Under the pieces are notes generated by a model. It did not search any database and had not been told where the DNA came from. It saw nothing but the letters and a program-made list of their open reading frames with translations. Shown here piece after piece: positions 23,879 to 32,881 of a stretch of DNA of 64,000 nucleotides (positions are counted from its first letter, which is position 1; each line of letters opens with the position of its first letter). The position numbers and the translations under genes are program-made. This stretch comes from Planctomicrobium sp. (GTDB lineage: Bacteria > Planctomycetota > Planctomycetia > Planctomycetales > Planctomycetaceae), in NCBI GenBank assembly GCA_030626405.1, contig DAOUPA010000001.1, positions 1,437 through 65,436 on the forward strand, given 5' to 3'.

Positions 23879-23909
23879 TTTTCCTTAACGATGCAACGAG
23901 CCGTTATCC

Positions 23910-25043
23910 ATGACCGCCGCTGAAATCGCATCGCAGATCAAAGAGGAAGCGAAGCAACTCGGCTTCTCTCTGGTCGGCATCGCGCCTGCGGGCCGTCCGG
24001 ATACGCTCGACTTTCTACATCAGTGGCTTTCTAAAGGTCACGCCGGCGAAATGGGCTACATGGAGCGACGGAAAGATGCTTACGAGCACCCAAGTGGTGT
24101 TCTCCCCGACGTACGCAGTCTGATTCTTGTTGGCCTGAATTACTTCCATCACGAAGCTCAAGCAACTGCTCCTGGAGTTGGACGGATTGCGAAGTACGCA
24201 GCCGGGTCCGCTGACTATCACGATTTGATTCGAAAAAAACTCAAGCAACTCTCTGCCGTGCTGCATGAATCGTCGCCGGAGTGCCGGAGTCGAGTAATCG
24301 TCGACACGGCCCCCTTGCTGGAGCGGGACTTCGCAAGAATCGCTGGCCTGGGTTGGTTCGGAAAGAACACGATGCTGATCAATAAATGGAAAGGAAGCTA
24401 TTTCTTCCTTGGAGGTATTCTCACAGATGTTGAGTTACCGCCCGATCAACCTCACCTGACCGACCACTGCGGAACGTGTACTCGATGTCTCGACGCTTGC
24501 CCGACGGACGCTTTCGAGGCTCCCTATGTACTGGATGCCCGAAAGTGTATCTCGTATCTGACAATCGAGTTACGGGGGCAGCCCATTCCTGAATCATTAC
24601 GCTCAGGCATGAAGGACTGGCTCTTTGGCTGTGACGTTTGCCAGGATGTTTGCCCGTGGAATCGAAAAGCAACAAACACCGAAGAGCCTGCACTTTTGCC
24701 AGATCTTTCCTCTGCTCGCGATGCTGCTTCGTTTTTGATAATCACCGAAGAAGAGTTCCGGGCGCGTTATAAACGGACCCCATTTTCTCGTCCTAATCGG
24801 GAAGGGTTGGCGAGAAATGCAGCCATCGTGCTGGGGAATTCGGGTGATGATCAGTGGGTCCCTGCCCTGAAGACGGGACTTGATGACAGTTCACCCTTAG
24901 TTCGTGGTGCATCGGCGTGGGCGTTGGGGGAAATTCTGAATGCCCAGACGAGAAAAATCCTTGAGAACAGACGCGCAGTTGAAACGGATGATACGGTTCT
25001 GTCGGAGATTGACCGTGTACTTCGCTCACAAGTGGAGCATTAG
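23910..25043 (+). CDS. queG: tRNA epoxyqueuosine(34) reductase QueG
   Basis: 377 aa. Motifs: GLGWFGKNTMLI, CGTCTRCLDACPTDAF, CISYLTIE, CDVCQDVCPWNR. The C-terminus has a HEAT-like repeat. Confidence 0.9.
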   Translation: MTAAEIASQIKEEAKQLGFSLVGIAPAGRPDTLDFLHQWLSKGHAGEMGYMERRKDAYEHPSGVLPDVRSLILVGLNYFHHEAQATAPGVGRIAKYAAGSADYHDLIRKKLKQLSAVLHESSPECRSRVIVDTAPLLERDFARIAGLGWFGKNTMLINKWKGSYFFLGGILTDVELPPDQPHLTDHCGTCTRCLDACPTDAFEAPYVLDARKCISYLTIELRGQPIPESLRSGMKDWLFGCDVCQDVCPWNRKATNTEEPALLPDLSSARDAASFLIITEEEFRARYKRTPFSRPNREGLARNAAIVLGNSGDDQWVPALKTGLDDSSPLVRGASAWALGEILNAQTRKILENRRAVETDDTVLSEIDRVLRSQVEH

Positions 25044-25054
25044 AGCGAATGTAA

Positions 25055-25074
25055 ACTTCCCAGCGCCGGGAAGT
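25055..25074 (+). terminator. Candidate intrinsic terminator after queG
   Basis: A 7-bp stem (ACTTCCC / GGGAAGT) with a 6-nt loop, followed by a T-rich stretch (CGAGTTTCGATTTGTTTCC). The stem is modest. Confidence 0.35.
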
Positions 25075-25240
25075 CGAGTTTCGATTTGTTTCCTTCTTCT
25101 GAGAATTCACTTGCAACCGAAGATGCAACGGTTGCTGGTCTTACATCGAGATGCCATGATTCTCGCCGCAGTGTCTCAAAGCACTGGTATTCATTGCACA
25201 TGTCATCATTCTGGTTCTTGAAACGTCACCAACGGTCGTT

Positions 25241-26347
25241 ATGGCGGATAATAAGAAACTTACAACTGCAGAAATTCTTGCCCTCGCCCGCCAGCAAAAC
25301 AGCGGTGGAGGTGCGGATGCCGATGACGCTTCGGAGAGCAGCACTGCTCCTGAAACTTCTCAGGCTCCTGTTCCGACTGAAGATAAAAAACCTGCGGCAG
25401 CCCCAAAGTCAACTGCTGACATTCTCGCTGCTGCTCGTACTCAGGGGGGTGAGGCCGAGAAGCCGAAACCTGCCACGGCGCCAGGGTCAACAGCAGATAT
25501 CCTGGCTGCTGCCCGTGCTCAGGGAGGCGGGGCCCAAGGCGGAGGAGCGCCAAAGCCAAAGCCTGCTGCCACTGCACCTAAGTCGACCGCTGATATCTTG
25601 GCGGCTGCTCGTGCTGGAGGCGGAAGTGCTGCGAAAGCGGCACCTGCTGCAAGTCAGCCGAAGGTGAAAAAAGCTGAAGCCGCACCTGTCGGTGATCGTC
25701 CTGCATTGAAGGATATGGTTGCCGCGGTCAAAGAGGCTCAGGCTTCAGGTGGTCCGGCAAAGCCGAAGCTTCCTGTTGGTAAGCCTGCACCTGCGAAACC
25801 AAAGTTTCCGAGCAAGAAAGAAAAGGTTGAGCGTCGAAAATTTGTTGCTACCTTGGCTGTCCTTCTGCTCACACCTTTTGTGGTGGCATGGTCTTCGATG
25901 AGTGCGATTGCGGCAATCTGGTCGCTCGGAATTGCTCGATTCATGATGCCGAACATGATGTTGGAGCTGCCATCCAAATTTAAGGTTGGCCCCCCTTCTG
26001 ATTTCCCACCAGGCAGTGTCTCTGCAAAGTTTAAGGCAAGCCGTGGGATTTGGATTATCAATACTGATGAGTATGAAGGTCAGGGCATTATTTACGCGTT
26101 GGCTTCCGTTTGTACTCACCTTGGGTGTACTCCTAACTGGCTCGAAGGGGAACAGAAATTCAAATGTCCCTGTCACGGGTCAGGTTTTTATATCACTGGA
26201 GTGAACTTCGAAGGCCCTGCACCTCGCCCCTTGGAGCGAGTTGGAATTAGCATTGCGGATGATGGAATGCTAGAAGTTGACAAAAGTGTGAAGTTTCAGG
26301 AAGAGCTGGGTCAGTGGTCTGACTCCAAATCTTACGAAGTGGCATAA
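25241..26347 (+). CDS. Rieske [2Fe-2S] subunit of a cytochrome b6f/bc-type complex, with a long repeat-containing N-terminal extension
   Basis: 368 aa. The Rieske boxes are CTHLGC and CPCHGS. A twin-arginine motif (ERRKFV) followed by a TM helix occurs only at about residue 198. It is preceded by an Ala/Pro/Lys-rich region with repeated STADILAAAR modules. Confidence 0.9.
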   Translation: MADNKKLTTAEILALARQQNSGGGADADDASESSTAPETSQAPVPTEDKKPAAAPKSTADILAAARTQGGEAEKPKPATAPGSTADILAAARAQGGGAQGGGAPKPKPAATAPKSTADILAAARAGGGSAAKAAPAASQPKVKKAEAAPVGDRPALKDMVAAVKEAQASGGPAKPKLPVGKPAPAKPKFPSKKEKVERRKFVATLAVLLLTPFVVAWSSMSAIAAIWSLGIARFMMPNMMLELPSKFKVGPPSDFPPGSVSAKFKASRGIWIINTDEYEGQGIIYALASVCTHLGCTPNWLEGEQKFKCPCHGSGFYITGVNFEGPAPRPLERVGISIADDGMLEVDKSVKFQEELGQWSDSKSYEVA

Positions 26348-26414
26348 GGCCTTGAGCGAAGCTCGATTCGTTTCCAGTGTTTTACTAACTCAATAGTGTC
26401 CGTCAGGTAACTGC

Positions 26415-27188
26415 ATGTCGGTAACTGAATATATCCGGAAGTCACAGATTTGGCGAAGTATTTTTCGTCATCCTGCCCCATATGATCGCCGCAACCGTGC
26501 GGTTGTCATTCTGACGAACTTCTTCCTCCACCTGCACCCGGTCTCTGCAAAGAAGGGCGGAATTGCCCTGTCGTACACGTGGTGCATGGGTGGAATTACT
26601 TTTTTCCTATTCCTTGTCGAAACGCTCACTGGCGTCCTGTTGATGTTCTACTATCGACCGACGCTGGAGTGGGCATTTACAGATATTCGTGCCCTGCGAG
26701 ACGTGAACACTCTGGGGATCATGCGTGAGATTCACCGCTGGGGGGCGCACGCGATGGTGATCACCGTGTGGCTCCATATGTACCGGGTGTTTCTGACGGG
26801 GAGTTACAAGCCTCCGAGGGAATTCAACTGGGTCATTGGTGTCTTGCTACTCGTGTTGACTCTACTATTATCGTTTACCGGTTACCTGCTTCCGTGGGAT
26901 CAGCTAGCCATCTGGGCGATTACGGTCGGTTCGAACATGGCTCGTGCGACACCTTTCCTTGGTCATGAAGGTCCGGGGTTCCAGCTACTTAATGTTGGTG
27001 GGTTTGATTTAATCACAAATGCAAGTGATGCGAGATTCCTGCTCCTCGGGGCACGTACAGTGGGTGAAGAAACCTTGAATAGGTTCTACATTCTGCACTG
27101 TGTTGCAATTCCGATTGTGGTTTCAGGGCTGATCGCCGTTCACTTTTGGCGCGTTCGTAAAGATGGTGGGATTAGTCAACCGCTATAG
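26415..27188 (+). CDS. Cytochrome b, b6-type (N-terminal four-helix half)
   Basis: 257 aa. Helix B has H-x13-H (EIHRWGAHAMVITVWLH). Helix D has H-x14-H (LHCVAIPIVVSGLIAVH). WCMGGIT aligns with the YCLGGIT of cytochrome b6. Confidence 0.9.
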   Translation: MSVTEYIRKSQIWRSIFRHPAPYDRRNRAVVILTNFFLHLHPVSAKKGGIALSYTWCMGGITFFLFLVETLTGVLLMFYYRPTLEWAFTDIRALRDVNTLGIMREIHRWGAHAMVITVWLHMYRVFLTGSYKPPREFNWVIGVLLLVLTLLLSFTGYLLPWDQLAIWAITVGSNMARATPFLGHEGPGFQLLNVGGFDLITNASDARFLLLGARTVGEETLNRFYILHCVAIPIVVSGLIAVHFWRVRKDGGISQPL

Positions 27189-27270
27189 GTTTTTGACTGG
27201 TTGTCAGCTTCACCACGAAGGTGGGGCCGTTTTAAGTTTGTACATTGGTAGAGTGCGGTATTAGGGAATT

Positions 27271-28635
27271 ATGAATCCTCATCCCGATTTAACGGTTGGC
27301 GTGATTCACGGCCTTGGCTGGCTGTACCTGCTGTTGTTCTTTTTGAACCTCGGCTGGACAGTCCGTAGCTATAAGGTTGATGGTCAATACGAAAGCCTGA
27401 TGGGCATCAAGCATGCCCCCAAGGCTTTGGTGTGGGCAGCTTACTCTGCGCTTTTACTGATCGTGACGCTGGTTCACTTTGCGGTTGAAAGCGACGCATC
27501 GAATTTCAAACTGAGACTCCCCGAATTCATTAAAAATCCGGCAGACGCCGTGATTGCGAATCCGATTAGTTTTTTCTGCCTGTCGATAGTCATTTACGCT
27601 GCCATCATCCTGCTTCGCAAATGGTGGGTCAAGCCGACAGTCTCTTGGGTTTTATTCAACCTGAGCGTGCTGTTCATTACTGTGAGTATGACAGACTACG
27701 ACTTCCGTAAAATTGTCGGCAAGCCCGATAACGTTCCTATTGTCGGGATGCTCTTCCTGGTCGGCTTCACGACATGGCTATACTTCTCAAAAGCCAATGA
27801 GAACGACCGGCGAATTGCCGAAGGACTTCCGGTTCGCGAGAAGGAACTCTCTGACCAGGTTCTTGTCTGGCCGGATCTGGTCTACACTGAAATGATCTGT
27901 ATGATCCTGATTACGGCACTTCTCATTGTCTGGGGTGTCGCACTTCAAGCTCCACTCGAAGAACCTGCCTCAGCAGTGAAGACCCCGAATCCTTCAAAAG
28001 CTCCGTGGTACTTCCTCGGACTGCAGGAAATGCTCGTCTACTTTGACCCCTGGATGGCTGGTGTTGTTCTGCCGAGTGTGATTCTCGTCGGACTGATGGC
28101 AATTCCATACATTGACTTCAACACCAAGGGCAACGGATATTACACATTCAATGAACGTAAGTTTGCAATTTCAACATTCCTATTTGGCTTTATGCCGCTG
28201 TGGACCGGAATGATCGTTCTCGGAACCTTCATTCGTGGACCGAACTGGAACATGTTTGGACTCTATGAATACTGGGATGCACACAAGCTTGAGGTGCTGA
28301 ACAATGTCAACCTGTCCGATTATTTCTGGCTGAGTTTCCTGGAACTTCCACTTCCGAAACCTGACCCGCAAGCGGGGTTTTTCTCGCAAGCTGGTTCAAT
28401 CCTTTTACGTGAGTGGACCGGAATCCTTGTGATTTTGTTTTACTTATTCGCGATTCCACCACTATTGGCAGTCACCATTTTCAAGAAGTTCTTCGTGAAA
28501 ATGGGATTTGTCCGGTTTATGGTGCTTGCGAACCTGTTTCTTTTTATGGCCTCACTACCATTGAAGATGGTGCTGCGGTGGGTCTTTAATCTGAAATACA
28601 TCGTTTCGATTCCCGAGTGGGTCTTTAACATCTAA
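27271..28635 (+). CDS. Subunit-IV-like (cytochrome b C-terminal half) membrane protein, enlarged
   Basis: 454 aa with about 10 TM helices. KAPWYFLGLQEML corresponds to the PEWYF motif of subunit IV and the cytochrome b C-terminal half. The first roughly 220 aa are extra TM helices. Confidence 0.75.
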   Translation: MNPHPDLTVGVIHGLGWLYLLLFFLNLGWTVRSYKVDGQYESLMGIKHAPKALVWAAYSALLLIVTLVHFAVESDASNFKLRLPEFIKNPADAVIANPISFFCLSIVIYAAIILLRKWWVKPTVSWVLFNLSVLFITVSMTDYDFRKIVGKPDNVPIVGMLFLVGFTTWLYFSKANENDRRIAEGLPVREKELSDQVLVWPDLVYTEMICMILITALLIVWGVALQAPLEEPASAVKTPNPSKAPWYFLGLQEMLVYFDPWMAGVVLPSVILVGLMAIPYIDFNTKGNGYYTFNERKFAISTFLFGFMPLWTGMIVLGTFIRGPNWNMFGLYEYWDAHKLEVLNNVNLSDYFWLSFLELPLPKPDPQAGFFSQAGSILLREWTGILVILFYLFAIPPLLAVTIFKKFFVKMGFVRFMVLANLFLFMASLPLKMVLRWVFNLKYIVSIPEWVFNI

Positions 28636-28708
28636 GTTAAGTTGATTTCTGTCGGCACATGTCAGTTGTGACAGGTTCGCAGGCAGAGCAGAGCAACGTT
28701 GAATATCA

Positions 28709-31700
28709 ATGCCAGCAAGTGAACAGTATTGGCGAAGTCTCCCGCAAATGCACAAAGTATTTGCGGCGAGTGCCGTGTTGCTACTCGGTACGACTTTGTT
28801 AATGATGTACAAAGACGAATCCCGTTCCTGGAAGCACTACCAGAAGCAGGCGGAGGCGTACCGCATACAGCGTATTGAACAGGAGCGCGAGCAATACAAC
28901 GATGCCGATTATCTCAAGAAAGTAAAAGAACTCGACGAGAGCGTGAAGCTCCTCCAAGCGGATTGGGACGCGAGATCCTCCGAAATTCGAGATCTTGAGT
29001 CGGGTCTCAAGGCATTAGAAGGTCAAGTTCAAATTCTCAAAGCAAGGTCGAAGACGAAAAACGCCGAGCGAGATAAAGCGAGAGCTGATTACGACATTAA
29101 GGTTCGAGATGAATCGAGCGAAAGTGAACTTGCTGAAGCTCTGGAAACCTTCGAACAGGCAAAGCTCATTGCAGATGAAACTGCACTTGAATCTGAGCAA
29201 GCGTTAGCAGAATTTGAAGCATCTAAGAGTGAACTCAACAAACAACGCAGCAAACTCGATGCTGCGAAAGACGCACTTGCTGAGACGACTGCGGCTGAGA
29301 AAGCCTTGGTGGAACAGAAGAATCTGCTTAAGCCAGATAATGGTTTTGTCGCTTTTAAACGCTGGGCGAAGGAACTCCCGATTCTGGAAGGGTTCAATCC
29401 TCATATCAAAATTCAATACGATTGGCCATCAGGCTTGGAACAGGAATTAGGCTCTGCCGTTGTTGATCGCGTTGACCGTTGCCGAACTTGTCACGTCTTT
29501 ATTGATGACTTCAGCGTCATTCGCGAAGGTGGTCAAGTTGTTGCAATGAAGCAGAGTTATCCGGACGGAGATTTTCCACAGCCGTTCGTATCCCATCCAA
29601 ATCCCGATCTCTTCCTCACGGCAGCTAGTCCTCACCCTGTCAATGACTTTGGGTGTACAATCTGCCACGCTGGCGATGGATCAGGCACAAGTTTTCAAAA
29701 CGCAGAGCACACGCCTGGGAATCCAGTCGTCGCTGCGAAATGGGAAAAAGAACATGATTGGCATTCCAATCACTTCTGGGAAGCACCACAACTTCCTGGG
29801 AGTTTCATCGAGTCGAGTTGCCTGCAATGTCACCACGACGTGGTTGAACTTGGTGTGAACCCCACATTTGGAGCGACTGCTCCGAAGCTCTTCAAAGGCT
29901 GGGAAACCATTCGGGATTATGGCTGCTTTGGTTGCCATGAAGTGAATGGCTTCGATGGAATCACACCGATTGGTCCCGACCTGCGGCTAGAACCAAACTC
30001 ACCGGAAGAGCTCGCCGTGATCGAGGCCGATCCGAATATGATCCCAGGAAAAATGCGAAAGGTCGGACCATCGCTTCGCCATATCGCCGATAAAACGACC
30101 CCGGAATTCATTGCGTACTGGACAGAAGAGCCAAGCCGGTTCCGACCGACAACGCGAATGCCGCAGTTCTTTGACCTGACCAATCAGCACGATGCCATGG
30201 CAGCACTGTTACAGCCAATGGAGCTTGCTGGCATTGCGAAGTACCTCGAAGCAAAATCTCAGAAGTTCGAGTACCTCTCACCAAGCAACGACTACAAACC
30301 TGATCCAAAACGTGGCGAAGAGCTCTTCTCCAAACGCGGGTGTCTGGCATGTCACAGCAAGCAAGGCGAAGCCTTTGACGGGATTGCTGCGAACTTCGGT
30401 CCAGACCTTTCCAGAATACACGAGAAAATCAAACCCGGTGAGGATGGCTTTAAGTGGATGTACACTTGGATCAAAGAGCCAAGTCGGTATCACACTCGTA
30501 CGCGAATGCCAGATCTTTATCTGAAGCCATACAACGAAGGTGACACTCACATCGACCCGGCAGCTGATATCGCGGCGTTTCTACTTCAAGGTGGAGCCAA
30601 AGAATTCCCTGCCTTGCCGACACCGAAACCGAATCTCGGATTGGTCGCAGCGCATGATTTCACCCTGAAAGACGCAAAAGAACTTGGCCTCAGTGATGAT
30701 CAATTCCGTGGCATTCTGGTTCAGGAAGTGATCCAGGGAAGTCCTGCTTCTCGTGCCGAAGTGAAAATTGGAGAGGACTGGGAAGAACGTCCTCTCTCTG
30801 TCGGCGATGTTGTCACCAGTTTCAACGGAACAGCAGTCAAGTCTCCGGAACACCTGAAAGAACTCGAAGCTGCTTCCAGTGTCAATGAAATCGTGACCTT
30901 AGATATCCTTCGAAACGGTCGCGAACTGACCGCTCGGTTAACTGTCACAACGCCACTGGATGATCTTGTCCGCTTGTTCTTGGGAAAAGCCCTTGATAGT
31001 GCAGGTTTGAAAAAGGCACTCGCAGAACGAAAGTACCCTGTCACCGCCGAAATGTTTGCTGACGGTGCATTGCTTCCAGACGTTGTTAAAGGTGATGAAG
31101 TCGAACTCGCACCTTTGAGTGCAGATGAGGAAGTGACGCCAGAGCAGTGGGAAGAACGAAAACTCGTCTATCTCGGTCGGCGAACAATTTCGCGATATGG
31201 CTGCTATGGTTGCCACGACATCCCAGGCTTTGAAACGGCACGTCCCATCGGAACTGCACTTCAAGATTGGGGACGAAAAGACACCTCGAAACTTGCTTAC
31301 GAGCACATTCACGAGTACCTGCATCATCACGGCGAACCAGTTGCCAAGTCAGAAGATGGCCATAATTCACACGCTCATGGTTCTCACAATGACGATGCAC
31401 ATGCGGCACTCGGAACAAGCACAGCTTCTCGGATGGAGAAAATTGTTGCGGACAAAGAAGCTGGTGGCGATGTCAGCGAACAAGATCTGACTGAAGCGAT
31501 GCTTTACAAAAGTGTCATTTCGCATGGTCGATCCGGATTCCTCTGGCAAAAACTTCGTCAGCCTAGAAGTTACGATTACAAGAAGACCGAAACAAAGGGT
31601 TGGGACGAACGGCTACGAATGCCGAAGTTCCCACTAGATACAGATCAGATCGAATCTGTCTCGACGTTTGTTCTGGGGTTGATCGCTCATCCTCCTTCGG

Positions 31701-32881
31701 AAGAATTCCAGTACCGACCAGATAAATCCAAAGAAGCAATCTTTGAAGGAGAACGCCTCCTCGCCAAATTCAATTGTACAGGCTGCCATGTTCTTGAAAT
31801 GGGTTCAGTCGAGTTTGAGTACGATCCAGCAGTCCTGGCGATCAAAGGTCAGGAAGTTGCAGACGCAGATCGTGCAGCCTTTGATTTACTCTCGCACATC
31901 AAGCCAATCGGGCGAGGTGGACAAGGTGCAACTGGTGAAACGACAGAGGATGGTTCTCTGGTTTACCGAGCCAACGGATTCATTCAGGGGATCCCTGATC
32001 CAGATGAAGAAGACCCTGAGTTCCGCTTCTTCTCATACCGTTTCTGGGATGGTTTCCAACTCGCTGATGGAAAGTACATCATGCCGAGTGAAGGAGTTCA
32101 AATCGCCGAAGGCCAGCTTCGCAAGTTTATCGATGGTCGGGGTGGAAAGTTTGCCGAGTGGCTCGCTGGCAAGCTCGCTCCAGAACTGAGCAAAACGCCT
32201 GGCGGTACCGACTACAACGCAGCCTGGCAGGCATCAGTTCCTCCGTTAACTGCCGAAGGTTTCAAAGTGCAGACTCCGTGGCTGTATCAGTTCCTCAAAA
32301 ACCCTGAGCAATTGCGACGGACAACGGTTCTTCGAATGCCTCGATTTAACATGAGCGATGAAGAAGCTCAGACGTTGGCAAACTACTTCGCCGCAAAGGA
32401 TGGGGTTCCGTTCCCATATCAATCAATTCCACCAAAAGAATTGGGATATCAGGTAGAGCAGGCTGCGACGTACAACGCGAAATATCCGGGTGCCGAATAC
32501 GATTACCTCACAGCTTCCTGGAATGTTTTGAACGGTCCATTGTGTCGGAAGTGTCACAATGTCGGTGGAAACGTCGTCAATGACCCGAAGCAGGTTAAAG
32601 GTCCGAATCTTCAACGCACCGAAAGAAGATTACGACCGGAATGGACTCAGCTGTGGGTCTACAAACCAATGTGGGTTTACCCCTACACATCCATGCCAGA
32701 GAACTTCCCAGCCGGAAAACCTGCCGACATGAAGAAGCTTTTTGGTGGTGAGAACCCTCGCCAGGCTCAGTCGATCATTGACGCACTCTTTAACTACACA
32801 CAGCTGATCGAAATCCATGGTCCGACAACTTACAATCCAGAGTCAGCCGCCCCTCCAACGAAAGCAGGTGGCGCAGAATGA
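28709..32881 (+). CDS. Membrane-anchored octaheme cytochrome c with coiled-coil, PDZ and His-rich segments
   Basis: 1390 aa. It has an N-terminal TM helix and about 180 aa of heptad-like charged sequence. There are eight CxxCH motifs (CRTCH, CTICH, CLQCH, CFGCH, CLACH, CYGCH, CTGCH, CRKCH). A PDZ-like segment (GILVQEVIQGSPASRAEV...GDVVTSFNG...LDILRNGRE) is also present. Confidence 0.85.
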   Translation: MPASEQYWRSLPQMHKVFAASAVLLLGTTLLMMYKDESRSWKHYQKQAEAYRIQRIEQEREQYNDADYLKKVKELDESVKLLQADWDARSSEIRDLESGLKALEGQVQILKARSKTKNAERDKARADYDIKVRDESSESELAEALETFEQAKLIADETALESEQALAEFEASKSELNKQRSKLDAAKDALAETTAAEKALVEQKNLLKPDNGFVAFKRWAKELPILEGFNPHIKIQYDWPSGLEQELGSAVVDRVDRCRTCHVFIDDFSVIREGGQVVAMKQSYPDGDFPQPFVSHPNPDLFLTAASPHPVNDFGCTICHAGDGSGTSFQNAEHTPGNPVVAAKWEKEHDWHSNHFWEAPQLPGSFIESSCLQCHHDVVELGVNPTFGATAPKLFKGWETIRDYGCFGCHEVNGFDGITPIGPDLRLEPNSPEELAVIEADPNMIPGKMRKVGPSLRHIADKTTPEFIAYWTEEPSRFRPTTRMPQFFDLTNQHDAMAALLQPMELAGIAKYLEAKSQKFEYLSPSNDYKPDPKRGEELFSKRGCLACHSKQGEAFDGIAANFGPDLSRIHEKIKPGEDGFKWMYTWIKEPSRYHTRTRMPDLYLKPYNEGDTHIDPAADIAAFLLQGGAKEFPALPTPKPNLGLVAAHDFTLKDAKELGLSDDQFRGILVQEVIQGSPASRAEVKIGEDWEERPLSVGDVVTSFNGTAVKSPEHLKELEAASSVNEIVTLDILRNGRELTARLTVTTPLDDLVRLFLGKALDSAGLKKALAERKYPVTAEMFADGALLPDVVKGDEVELAPLSADEEVTPEQWEERKLVYLGRRTISRYGCYGCHDIPGFETARPIGTALQDWGRKDTSKLAYEHIHEYLHHHGEPVAKSEDGHNSHAHGSHNDDAHAALGTSTASRMEKIVADKEAGGDVSEQDLTEAMLYKSVISHGRSGFLWQKLRQPRSYDYKKTETKGWDERLRMPKFPLDTDQIESVSTFVLGLIAHPPSEEFQYRPDKSKEAIFEGERLLAKFNCTGCHVLEMGSVEFEYDPAVLAIKGQEVADADRAAFDLLSHIKPIGRGGQGATGETTEDGSLVYRANGFIQGIPDPDEEDPEFRFFSYRFWDGFQLADGKYIMPSEGVQIAEGQLRKFIDGRGGKFAEWLAGKLAPELSKTPGGTDYNAAWQASVPPLTAEGFKVQTPWLYQFLKNPEQLRRTTVLRMPRFNMSDEEAQTLANYFAAKDGVPFPYQSIPPKELGYQVEQAATYNAKYPGAEYDYLTASWNVLNGPLCRKCHNVGGNVVNDPKQVKGPNLQRTERRLRPEWTQLWVYKPMWVYPYTSMPENFPAGKPADMKKLFGGENPRQAQSIIDALFNYTQLIEIHGPTTYNPESAAPPTKAGGAE

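Noticed and set aside
25086-25667. Alternative-frame ORFs across the Rieske N-terminal repeat region (25086-25667 +, 25260-25577 -), and the question of whether the repeated DNA there is a CRISPR-like or tandem-repeat array.
   Set aside because: The repeats are in frame with the Rieske gene and conserved at the peptide level with synonymous divergence. Spacing is irregular and there are no identical direct repeats of 24-40 nt, so this is not a CRISPR array.
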